This document shows positions 1 to 7,795 of a DNA stretch of 13,011 nucleotides, piece by piece. A program made the position numbers and the translations under genes. Numbering within the stretch: position 1 is the stretch's first letter; every line of letters begins with the position of its first letter. A model generated the notes under the pieces. That model saw only the letters and a program-made list of their open reading frames with translations, was not told where the DNA came from and ran no database searches. This stretch comes from Candidatus Sumerlaeaceae bacterium (GTDB lineage: Bacteria > Sumerlaeota > Sumerlaeia > Sumerlaeales > Sumerlaeaceae). The stretch lies in the NCBI GenBank assembly GCA_049968255.1, contig JBMFRB010000018.1, forward strand, positions 1 through 13,011, written 5' to 3'.

Positions 1-76
1 GCGGGAGTAGCTCAGTTGGTAGAGCATCAGCTTCCCAAGCTGAGGGTCGCGGGTTCGAGCCCCGTTTCCCGCTCCA
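1..76 (+). tRNA. tRNA-Gly (anticodon CCC)
   Basis: Canonical 76-nt cloverleaf: acceptor stem GCGGGAG/TTCCCGC, D-arm GCTC-AGTTGGTA-GAGC, anticodon stem TCAGC/GCTGA with loop TT-CCC-AA (CCC at 34-36), T-loop GGTTCGAGCC, discriminator U73 and encoded CCA at 74-76. Confidence 0.98.
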
Positions 77-398
77 CTTTTCATTTCCGCCGTGTGTAGC
101 CGAAAAATCGTGCCTGAGAAATTCTCCTTTATTGAGAGAGGTGTTTGGCTCAGCGAGACTCTATCTACTGGAGGGCTGCATGGTGTAGTCACACATGTAG
201 AAGCGTGTGCTGCGCGATAGCGCAACGTCCCACCCCACGCGGCTCTGCATCTCACGTGCGCACTGAAAAAACTCACAGGTGAGTTCTTCCGAGGCGCGAC
301 CTATTCCACCAGCAGTTTCCTCGAATACTTGACGCACAAGTTTCCATGAAACCAATGTTGGATGTAACAACAACCTTCCTTAGGAAAGGTCACGGGCA

Positions 399-1343
399 AT
401 GGAAAAGCGACGGCTTGGGGCAAAAGGTCCTTGGGTAACTGTGATTGGCTTTGGGGCTTGGGCGATTGGGGGAACAAACTGGGGGCCTACCGACGATAAG
501 CAGAGCAAGGAAGCGCTGCACGCAGCGCTCGATACGGGGGTCAACTTCATCGACACCGCCGACGTTTATGGCTACGGACATTCGGAAGAGCTCATTGGGC
601 AAGTTCTCGCGGAGCGGGGGCATCCGGAAGATGTGGCCATTGCGACAAAGGCCGGAAATGATTTCTATTCGGCACGGCCCGAAGATGACAAGGGTTATGG
701 CCCCATTCGCCCGAATTATAGCGTGCAGTATCTCATCTCCGCTGTCGAGAGAAGCCTGCGCCGATTAGGGCTGGAGTGCGTGGACATCCTTCAGCTTCAC
801 AGCCCGAATACGGACATACTTGAGCGCGACGAGCCGTGGGAAGCACTAGCAAGGCTAAAAGAACAAGGCAAGATTCGCCACGCGGGTCTAAGTGTGCAAA
901 GCTTCAAAGAAACCGAACAGACCCCTGTGGTGGAAAAGTGGGCGAAGGAGGGCTTACTGGATGTGATTCAGGTACGCTATAATCTTCTCGAGCGCGAGGC
1001 CGAGCGCACACTATTCCCCACCGCGCAGCGTTACGGCGTCGGAGTGATCGTGCGAATTCCGCTGCTGTTTGGCTTCCTTACGGGCAAATTCACCCGCGAG
1101 ACACGCTTCGGCGAGGATGATCACAGGCGCATGAATCTTAGTCCGGAGAAACTCGAAAAGTATTTTACGGAGCTCGAAGCTCTCGAACCGGAACTTGCTG
1201 AGGAACGACAGCGCACGGGAGCCACGCGTGCCCAACAGGCTTTGGCCTTCTGCCTGCGCCATCCGGCATGCCACACCGTGATTCCCGGGGCCAAAACAGC
1301 AGCACAAGTTATGGAAAACGTCGCAGCAGCGCGATTCATCTGA
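399..1343 (+). CDS. Aldo/keto reductase (AKR superfamily, IolS/YhdN-like)
   Basis: 314-aa ORF with GFGAWAIGG, catalytic tetrad motifs DTADVYG (Asp/Tyr), ATKAG (Lys) and LQLH (His), plus SLRRL, QVRYNLL and C-terminal IPGAKT. SD-like AGGAAAGG lies about 10 nt upstream of the ATG. Confidence 0.93.
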   Translation: MEKRRLGAKGPWVTVIGFGAWAIGGTNWGPTDDKQSKEALHAALDTGVNFIDTADVYGYGHSEELIGQVLAERGHPEDVAIATKAGNDFYSARPEDDKGYGPIRPNYSVQYLISAVERSLRRLGLECVDILQLHSPNTDILERDEPWEALARLKEQGKIRHAGLSVQSFKETEQTPVVEKWAKEGLLDVIQVRYNLLEREAERTLFPTAQRYGVGVIVRIPLLFGFLTGKFTRETRFGEDDHRRMNLSPEKLEKYFTELEALEPELAEERQRTGATRAQQALAFCLRHPACHTVIPGAKTAAQVMENVAAARFI

Positions 1344-1569
1344 TCGCTCGCGCGCTGGACGTTTGTGTGTCGAAATATTCCTATGGTGTGATGCCGCCCC
1401 CCGTGAAGGATCACGGCATGAAAACAACGTTATTAAAGGAGAAGGGAGGGACTTACCAGGGCGCCACTGAGGCAAAAATAGTGGCTCTTGACGCGCTGGC
1501 CGAGAATTCGTGCACTCGCCGCTTCAGGCGACAAGCCCCGGGGGATTGTTCCGCGTCTGGGCTTTGGAT

Positions 1570-1602
1570 GAGCTCCCGCAAGGGTCGCGGCGCTCTTTTT
1601 TT
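1570..1602 (+). terminator. Possible intrinsic terminator between the convergent AKR and permease genes
   Basis: GAGC(1570-1573)/GCTC(1592-1595) encloses CCC-GCAA-GGG and is followed by 7 T (1596-1602). The stem is imperfect. Confidence 0.4.
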
Positions 1603-1609
1603 GCGGTCC

Positions 1610-2107
1610 CTAACGAACAAAGGAACGGAACATCACATGCGCGAGCAGCCCAGCAATTGGCGGGAAAAACAAGGTGCACGCCAGGCGCGCCACCACAAAG
1701 CGCCATCCTAACATGCCGGTCTCTAATGGCAAAAGTAGGACATGGGTCAAGGCTCCCGCGGTGAGGAAAGCCACGAGACTCCCCACGCCGGCGCCAAACT
1801 TCAAGGCAAGAGAAGCGATGATCGTTTGCACCACTGGCCCACCGGGAGCCACCACGCCCGCGAGAGCTCCCAGCAAAATTCCGCGGATTCCGGCTTCCTC
1901 GCTAAGCCAGCGCGCAACAGCCTCTCGCGGAACGAGCACCGCCAGAAGCCCAAGCAGGAGAAATGTGAGGATCACTAACGGAAGCGCCTGAAGAAACTGC
2001 TGTCCCGCTGCCCGTACTCCCTGAGCTAATTGTTCCGGAGATCGGAGAGCTAACAGAAAAATAATGATAAGACATACAATTGTTAGCAAGACAATGGAGA
2101 CCAGCAT
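1610..2107 (-). CDS. Small integral membrane permease (DUF318/ArsP-like, single repeat)
   Basis: About 165 aa, strongly hydrophobic with several TM-like segments, and family-like motifs VPREAVARWL..EAGIRGILLGALAG..PGGP..GAGVGSLVAFLT. Start placed at ATG 2107 (MLVSIVLL), because the 31 upstream codons are hydrophilic and overlap a hairpin. Confidence 0.75.
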   Translation of the reverse strand: MLVSIVLLTIVCLIIIFLLALRSPEQLAQGVRAAGQQFLQALPLVILTFLLLGLLAVLVPREAVARWLSEEAGIRGILLGALAGVVAPGGPVVQTIIASLALKFGAGVGSLVAFLTAGALTHVLLLPLETGMLGWRFVVARLACTLFFPPIAGLLAHVMFRSFVR

Positions 2108-2142
2108 GGCAGATAGTCCCTGTTTGTTTTGAGCTGTGAGAC

Positions 2143-2179
2143 GAGGCGAGCCAGCGTCCCTGGCACGGGACGTTGCCTC
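2143..2179. other. Intergenic stem-loop between the pilin and permease genes
   Basis: CAGCGTCCC(2152-2160)-TGGCAC-GGGACGTTG(2167-2175), extended by GAGG(2143-2146)/CCTC(2176-2179). There is no U-tract on the minus (coding) strand. Confidence 0.5.
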
Positions 2180-2202
2180 ACCTTTTTGCCGCGAGCTCAT
2201 TG

Positions 2203-2796
2203 CTACTTCGTAACAATGTTGGGGCTGCGAACGATGTCGCCATTACTGACAGTCCCGTTTGTGGGATCGTAATAGATGTGCTGTGCCAGGTCGAGCCGGT
2301 CGCGGTCTGGTCCCGCCCCCGCAAGTATCCACGTCCCGTAACGAGCCTTCATCTGCGCAATCACTGGAGGTGAAGAAGGCTGTGTGACGTAGGTGAACCA
2401 GTCGAGGTTGGTGTAAAAATAGCGCGGATAAAATGCCTGCCACGTGGAGCTGACGTTGGGGTTTACGATAAACGGGTCGGTGGGAATGGAGGTGATGTAT
2501 GCGATGGGCGTGGTGATGCTGTCCATGAGAAACTTGTGCGCAGGCGATCCCGCTCCATTGTGTTGAGGCAATTGCAATGATCCATCGGCTAGGAGCTCTC
2601 CCATCAGGGGATAGCTATTGTTGTCCACAGCATACGACTCGATGGCGACAGCCTGCGTGCGCATGTCCGCGTGTACGCGCGCAACCTTCGAGCGCACTTG
2701 TGCTTCAAGAAAGTTTGGAACCGCAATCGCAGCCAGTATGGCGATGATTGCCACGACAATGAGAAGTTCGATGAGCGTGAATCCGCTGTTTCTCAT
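2203..2796 (-). CDS. Prepilin-type N-terminal cleavage/methylation domain protein (type IV pilin / GspG-like pseudopilin)
   Basis: Class III signal peptide MRNSG|FTLIELLIVVAIIAILAAIAVP with Gly-1, Phe+1 and Glu+5, then NFLEAQVRSKV..DMR..AIESY.VDNN.YP and C-terminal YDPTNGTVSNGDI. ATG 2796 is preferred over TTG 2841. Confidence 0.92.
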   Translation of the reverse strand: MRNSGFTLIELLIVVAIIAILAAIAVPNFLEAQVRSKVARVHADMRTQAVAIESYAVDNNSYPLMGELLADGSLQLPQHNGAGSPAHKFLMDSITTPIAYITSIPTDPFIVNPNVSSTWQAFYPRYFYTNLDWFTYVTQPSSPPVIAQMKARYGTWILAGAGPDRDRLDLAQHIYYDPTNGTVSNGDIVRSPNIVTK

Positions 2797-2855
2797 TTTT
2801 AGCGGAGAAAAATCCTTTCTACCTCTATAGCTTATTTTCAATATTGCATGGCTTG

Positions 2856-4667
2856 CTACTTTGCGACTTCGACAGGAATTTTCGTGCCGACAAACTGATT
2901 GTGTCGGCCCCGGGGCACATAATGGGTGTGTAGCAGTTCATGCGACCGGTGGCCTAGCGGCTGGCCAAGGAACTCTTCGTAGAGTTTCTGAATGAAGGGG
3001 TTTTCATGCGATTTGCGTTTAGGTTTGCTGGCGTCTTCAGCGTAGATCGCCCGCATGCGTGCTTCTCGTTCCGCCTTTGTCGTCGGCTTGGGCTGGCCAC
3101 CGCCGGCAATACATCCGCCGGGGCACCCCATGACTTCGATAAAGTGATAAGGCGAAGTGCCGTTGGCTACGTCTCTCATAAGGCGTTTTGCACCGCTGAG
3201 ACCACTGGTGACGGCAACGCGCACCTCGACGCCCTCCAGGAAGTTGAACTCTGGTTTTGTGCCCTCGATCTTGATTGCCGCCTCTTTGACCTGCGAAAGG
3301 CCGCGCACTGGCGTGACCTCGAGCCGCTCGAAAGGAATTTCGCGACCGGTTACGATCTCGTACACCGTGCGCAGCGCTGCTTCCATCACGCCGCCTGTGG
3401 TGCCGAAGATATCGGCGGCTCCCGTTGAGAAGCCGAGGGGATCATCGAACTTTCCATCCGGTAATTCCGTGAATTCGATGCCTGCGTCCCGAATCATGCG
3501 TGCGAGTTCACGCGTCGTGATGACAGCATCAACCGCGGGCATGCCATTGATGAACATTTCCGGGCGCGTAATCTCAAATTTCTTTGCGGTGCAGGGCATG
3601 ACCGACACAACGAAGAGGTCTTTTGGAGCCACGCCGAGTTTCTCCGCATAAAAGGTTTTGGCGAGGGCGCCCAACATCATGTGCGGCGATTTGCACGTGG
3701 AGAGATGATCGAGCTCGTGGGGGAATTCATGTTCGATGTATTTGATCCAGCCCGGTGAACACGAGGTGATCATGGGTAGGGTAGCGTGCGCGCCGGTGAA
3801 TGCCGCAGCGACACGCTGGAGGAACTCGTGGCCTTCCTCGATAATGGTAAGGTCTGCAGCAAAGTTCGTGTCGAAGATGTCATCGAAGCCAATTTCGCGC
3901 AGCGCTGTTGCCATCTTGCCGGTGACGATTGTGCCCGGTGGATAGCCGAATTCCTCGCCGAGGGCCACGCGAACTGCTGGTGCCGTCTGAACAATGACGC
4001 GCTTGCGCGGATCGAAGATCGCGTTCCAGACAGCCTCGGTGGAATCTCTTGCCAAGAGAGCCCCCACGGGGCAGACCATGACGCATTGACCACAGTTCGT
4101 GCAATTGACGCTGTTGAGCGGGAGCTCGTCCGCCGGACCAATTACCGAATGAAACCCACGCTTCTGGACGTTGAGAACACCAACGCCCTGGATCTCGTTG
4201 CACACAGTCACACAGCGTCGGCAAAGAATGCACTTCGAACTGTCGCGCACAATCGAGGGACTTGATAAATCCACGAATGTTTTCGAGCGCTCACCCTCGA
4301 AGCGGAACTCGGAAATCTGGATGAGTTCGCCAAGTTTCTGAAACTCGCAATTTTGATTGCGTAGGCAGCTCAGGCAGTTGCGCGGGTGGTCAGAAAGCAT
4401 AAGTTCGTAAAGAATTTTTCTTGCGCGCTTGACCCGTGCAGTGTTGGTGCGCACGACCATTCCTTCGCGCACAGGCACCATGCAGGAGGCTTGGAGTGTT
4501 CTCGCCCCCTCGATTTCGACCACGCAGATGCGACACGCACCCACCTGATGAACTCCTTCGAGGTAACAGAAGTGCGGAATCATGATGTTGTTGGCTTTTG
4601 CCGCTTCGAGCACGGTCATCCCGGGCTCGGCTTGGACCTGTTTTCCATTGATTGTCAGCGTGATCAT
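2856..4667 (-). CDS. hydA: Group A [FeFe]-hydrogenase catalytic subunit (HydA/HndD-type)
   Basis: H-cluster motifs TSCSPGW, MPCTAKKFE and EVMGCPGGCIAGGGQP. N-terminal [2Fe-2S] (FC..GACRIC..ASC), His-ligated [4Fe-4S] (HPRNCLSCLRNQNC), 2x[4Fe-4S] (CILCRRCVTVC, CTNCGQCVMVCP), and C-terminal small-subunit motif SHENP..HELLHTHY. Confidence 0.97.
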   Translation of the reverse strand: MITLTINGKQVQAEPGMTVLEAAKANNIMIPHFCYLEGVHQVGACRICVVEIEGARTLQASCMVPVREGMVVRTNTARVKRARKILYELMLSDHPRNCLSCLRNQNCEFQKLGELIQISEFRFEGERSKTFVDLSSPSIVRDSSKCILCRRCVTVCNEIQGVGVLNVQKRGFHSVIGPADELPLNSVNCTNCGQCVMVCPVGALLARDSTEAVWNAIFDPRKRVIVQTAPAVRVALGEEFGYPPGTIVTGKMATALREIGFDDIFDTNFAADLTIIEEGHEFLQRVAAAFTGAHATLPMITSCSPGWIKYIEHEFPHELDHLSTCKSPHMMLGALAKTFYAEKLGVAPKDLFVVSVMPCTAKKFEITRPEMFINGMPAVDAVITTRELARMIRDAGIEFTELPDGKFDDPLGFSTGAADIFGTTGGVMEAALRTVYEIVTGREIPFERLEVTPVRGLSQVKEAAIKIEGTKPEFNFLEGVEVRVAVTSGLSGAKRLMRDVANGTSPYHFIEVMGCPGGCIAGGGQPKPTTKAEREARMRAIYAEDASKPKRKSHENPFIQKLYEEFLGQPLGHRSHELLHTHYVPRGRHNQFVGTKIPVEVAK

Positions 4668-4673
4668 GGCCGT

Positions 4674-7600
4674 TCACCCTCTCCGATCGCATCGCAGGCA
4701 GCGCATAGCCTCGGCGATGGCGTTCAATTTGTGAAATCCGACGACGACTTCGCGGAAGTTGCGTTTGCGTGCCTCAGGATCCAGCGAGCGCATGGGGAAT
4801 CGCTCGTGTTCGGCGATTTCCTTTTCCTCGCTGGGCGCAGGAATCTCGATCGCTTCGCCTTTGTTGAGCTCACCGGTGCCGCCCAGATACTTGTCCACGT
4901 TCTGTGCCGCTCTTTTTCCGTCGGCGATGGCGGTAATCACGACGTCGGCCCCACGCACAACGTCGCCCCCGGCGAACACACCTTCCATCGTGGTCATCAT
5001 CGTGCGCGGATCTGTTTCGAGTGTGCCCCAGCGCGTCGTGCGAACCTCGCTCTTGTCAATGAAGGGTAAATCGGAATGTTGGCTGATGGCGGGGATTACG
5101 GTGTCAGCTTCGACAATGAATTCCTCGCCAGCGAGGGGCTGGGGTTTGCGGCGGCCGGAAGTATCGAAGCCGCGCAATTCCATCCGCACGCACTTCACGC
5201 CCTGCACTCGGCCATTGCCAAGGAACTCGACCGGTGCCACAAGCTGACGTATCTCGATCCCTTCTTCGAGTGCTTCTCGGATCTCGCGCTTGTCGGCCGG
5301 CATGTCGTCGATGAGGCGGCGATAGAGAATGGTCACCTTTTGCGCGCCGAGGCGAAGCGCGGTGCGGGCTGCGTCAAAAGCCGTGCTCCCACCGCCAATG
5401 ACAACGACGCGTTTGCCCACATCCACACGTTTGCCAAGATTCACTTCGCGCAAGAAGGAGAGACCGTGATACACACCAGCTTTGTCCTCGCCCGGAAGGT
5501 TGGTCTTATTGGGGAACTGTGTGCCGGTCGCGATGTAAATCGCGTCGTGGGTGCGCTGCAGCTCGGCGAAAGTCACGTCGCGCCCCACCTCGGTATTTGT
5601 GAGAATCTTCACGCCCACCTGCTCGATCATGCGAATCTCTTTTTGAAGAATCGCCTTGGGCAGGCGGTACTCCGGGATTCCCAAAGCAAGCATGCCGCCA
5701 GGCACCGGCAAGGCTTCGTAGACGGTGACGCTGTAGCCAAGGCGAGCGAGATAGTAAGCGCATGTTAGACCAGAGGGGCCCGCCCCAATGACTCCCACTG
5801 ATTGCGCCTTTTTTGGGAAGACGAGGTCGAGGCGGGGCTCCTCGTTATGGAAAACATAATCTGCGGCGAAACGTTTGAGGTCGCAGATTGCCACCGGTTC
5901 ATCGAGCTGAGCGCGCCGACATTTGCTCTCGCAAGGGTGGGTGCAGACGCGACCGCAAATTGCGGGAAAAGGATTCTCGCGCCGAACAAGATAATAAGCG
6001 TCGCGCGGTCGGCCTGCTGCGATGAGAGCCACGTAGCCAGGCACGTCCACCCCTGCCGGACATGCATTCTGACAGGGTGCTCTAAAGAGGTCGGCGCACA
6101 CGCTGGCACGGCAATGCTTGTCGTTGATGTGCTCTTCGTACTCGTCGCGGAAGTAGCGAATCGTGGAAAGAACCGGATTTCCCGCCGTTTGTCCAAGACC
6201 ACACGTAGCTGTCTCTTTGCAGGTCATGGCCAGTTCTTCGAGCAGGGCAATGTCCCCGGGTTTGCCCTGGCCGCGCGTAATCCTTTCCAGGATTTCGAGC
6301 ATGCGCTTGGTTCCAATGCGGCAAGGCACACATTTTCCGCACGACTCGTCTTGGACGAAATCCATGAAGAAGCGGGCCACATCCACCATGCATGAATCGG
6401 TATTCATGACGATGAGACCGCCCGACCCCATAATGGTTCCAAGGTGACTGAGCGAGTCGTAATCAATGGGCGTGTTGAGATGCTCGGCTGTCAGGCATCC
6501 ACCGGAAGGCCCGCCCGTCTGGGCGGCTTTGAAAGGTTTGCCTTTGCGCACTCCTCCAGCGATGTCGTAGATTATTTCGCCCAGGGTGATGCCCATCGGC
6601 ACCTCCACGATGCCCGTGTTTTCGACAGCGCCAGCAAGCGCAAAAACTTTTGTCCCTTTGCTTTTCTCGGTGCCAATGGAGGCAAACCACTCTGCACCCT
6701 TTAGCATGATCACCGGAATGTTGGCAAACGTCTCGACGTTATTGATGATCGTCGGCTTGTGGAAAATCCCACTCTCGAAGGGAAAAGGTGGTTTTTGGCG
6801 AGGCTCGCCGCGTTTGCCCTCAACACTAGCCATGAGAGCGGTTTCCTCGCCGCACACGAAAGCTCCGGCCCCGATGCGTATCTCGATGTCGAAGTCAAAG
6901 CCCGAGTCGAGGATGTTTTTTCCCAACAAACCAAATGCGCGCGCCTGCGTAAGCGCGTGGGCCAACCGGTCGACAGCAAGGGGATATTCCGCACGAACGT
7001 AAACGAAACCTTTCGTGGCGCCGATAGCATAAGCGCCGATGGCCATGCCCTCGATGATGGCGTGGGGATCGCCTTCAAGAAGCGAGCGGTCCATAAACGC
7101 CCCGGGGTCGCCCTCGTCGGCATTGCAGACGATGTATTTCTGATCCGCCTTGGTCTTTTGACCGGCCTCCCACTTGATTCCGGTGGGAAATCCTCCGCCG
7201 CCGCGCCCACGCAGTCCACTGCGCTTGATCTCTTCAATCACGCTGATGGGCGAGCGCTTCGTCAGCGCGTCGGCGAGGGCATAGTAACCGTCGTGGGCGA
7301 TGTAGGCCTCGATCGAGTCGTAGGGCATGCTTCCACAGCGCGCAGTCACGACGCGCATCTGACGCCGGAAGAAATCAATCTCAGAGAGGCGAGGCACAAA
7401 CTTTTCCCGTTCGGCATCGTAAAAGCAAAGTTGCTCGACCACGCGGCCGCCGAGGAGATGCTCGTTGACGATGCGCGCCACGTGCTCGGGCTGGAGTTTC
7501 GTGTAGAGAATGCCCCCTGGCTCGACGACCAAAGTCGGGCCAAGATGGCAACTGCCCAGACAGCCGGTCTCGTGGATAAGTGTTTTATGGGCGAGCCCAG

Positions 7601-7784
7601 CGCGTTGGAGCTCAGCCTCGAGCGCACGACGCACGTTCATGCAGCCCGAGGACACGCATCCTGCGCCCGCGCACACGAGGAGGCGGAATTTGGCGGCATC
7701 GCGAGCCTTGAGATAGAGAGCTTTGATTTTGTCGAGATCGGCCGCGGATCTTATTTTCTTAGCTTCTGGTTTGCCTTTGGCCAT
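4674..7784 (-). CDS. hydB: NuoF/HydB-like flavoprotein subunit fused to a GltD/NfnB-like FAD/NAD(P)H oxidoreductase module
   Basis: Residues 1 to ~565: thioredoxin-like [2Fe-2S] (CAGAGC..GCLGSC), NuoF motifs SGLRGRGGGGFPTG, NADEGDPGAFMDR, GAGAFVCGEET, GGPSGGC and ESCGKCVPCR..CGLG. Residues ~569-1036: PCQNACP, ICGRVCTHPCESKC, IGAGPSG, GIPEYRLP, IGGGSTAFD..YRR, VFAGGD and EAMRCLRC. SD AAGGAG overlaps the upstream stop codon. Confidence 0.93.
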   Translation of the reverse strand: MAKGKPEAKKIRSAADLDKIKALYLKARDAAKFRLLVCAGAGCVSSGCMNVRRALEAELQRAGLAHKTLIHETGCLGSCHLGPTLVVEPGGILYTKLQPEHVARIVNEHLLGGRVVEQLCFYDAEREKFVPRLSEIDFFRRQMRVVTARCGSMPYDSIEAYIAHDGYYALADALTKRSPISVIEEIKRSGLRGRGGGGFPTGIKWEAGQKTKADQKYIVCNADEGDPGAFMDRSLLEGDPHAIIEGMAIGAYAIGATKGFVYVRAEYPLAVDRLAHALTQARAFGLLGKNILDSGFDFDIEIRIGAGAFVCGEETALMASVEGKRGEPRQKPPFPFESGIFHKPTIINNVETFANIPVIMLKGAEWFASIGTEKSKGTKVFALAGAVENTGIVEVPMGITLGEIIYDIAGGVRKGKPFKAAQTGGPSGGCLTAEHLNTPIDYDSLSHLGTIMGSGGLIVMNTDSCMVDVARFFMDFVQDESCGKCVPCRIGTKRMLEILERITRGQGKPGDIALLEELAMTCKETATCGLGQTAGNPVLSTIRYFRDEYEEHINDKHCRASVCADLFRAPCQNACPAGVDVPGYVALIAAGRPRDAYYLVRRENPFPAICGRVCTHPCESKCRRAQLDEPVAICDLKRFAADYVFHNEEPRLDLVFPKKAQSVGVIGAGPSGLTCAYYLARLGYSVTVYEALPVPGGMLALGIPEYRLPKAILQKEIRMIEQVGVKILTNTEVGRDVTFAELQRTHDAIYIATGTQFPNKTNLPGEDKAGVYHGLSFLREVNLGKRVDVGKRVVVIGGGSTAFDAARTALRLGAQKVTILYRRLIDDMPADKREIREALEEGIEIRQLVAPVEFLGNGRVQGVKCVRMELRGFDTSGRRKPQPLAGEEFIVEADTVIPAISQHSDLPFIDKSEVRTTRWGTLETDPRTMMTTMEGVFAGGDVVRGADVVITAIADGKRAAQNVDKYLGGTGELNKGEAIEIPAPSEEKEIAEHERFPMRSLDPEARKRNFREVVVGFHKLNAIAEAMRCLRCDRRG

Positions 7785-7795
7785 GGCGGGTCTCC

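Noticed and set aside
100-300. Possible riboswitch after the tRNA (CTGAGA resembling TPP; palindrome ACTCAC-AG-GTGAGT)
   Set aside because: The remaining TPP or glycine riboswitch consensus elements are not present.
161-373. 70-aa minus-strand ORF between the tRNA and the AKR gene
   Set aside because: No recognisable motif. The region more likely holds the AKR promoter.
1268-1711. 147-aa plus-strand ORF spanning the AKR-permease gap
   Set aside because: It overlaps both flanking genes, has no motif, and runs through a terminator-like hairpin.
2548-2557. TCCCGCTCCA matching the tRNA 3' end (possible attR of a tRNA-integrated island)
   Set aside because: Only 10 bp, inside the pilin coding sequence, and there is no integrase in the window.
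4674-6080. Calling the HydB C-terminal half a true glutamate synthase small subunit (gltD)
   Set aside because: It is fused in frame to NuoF and there is no gltB in the window. The fold is shared by many NADPH oxidoreductase modules.
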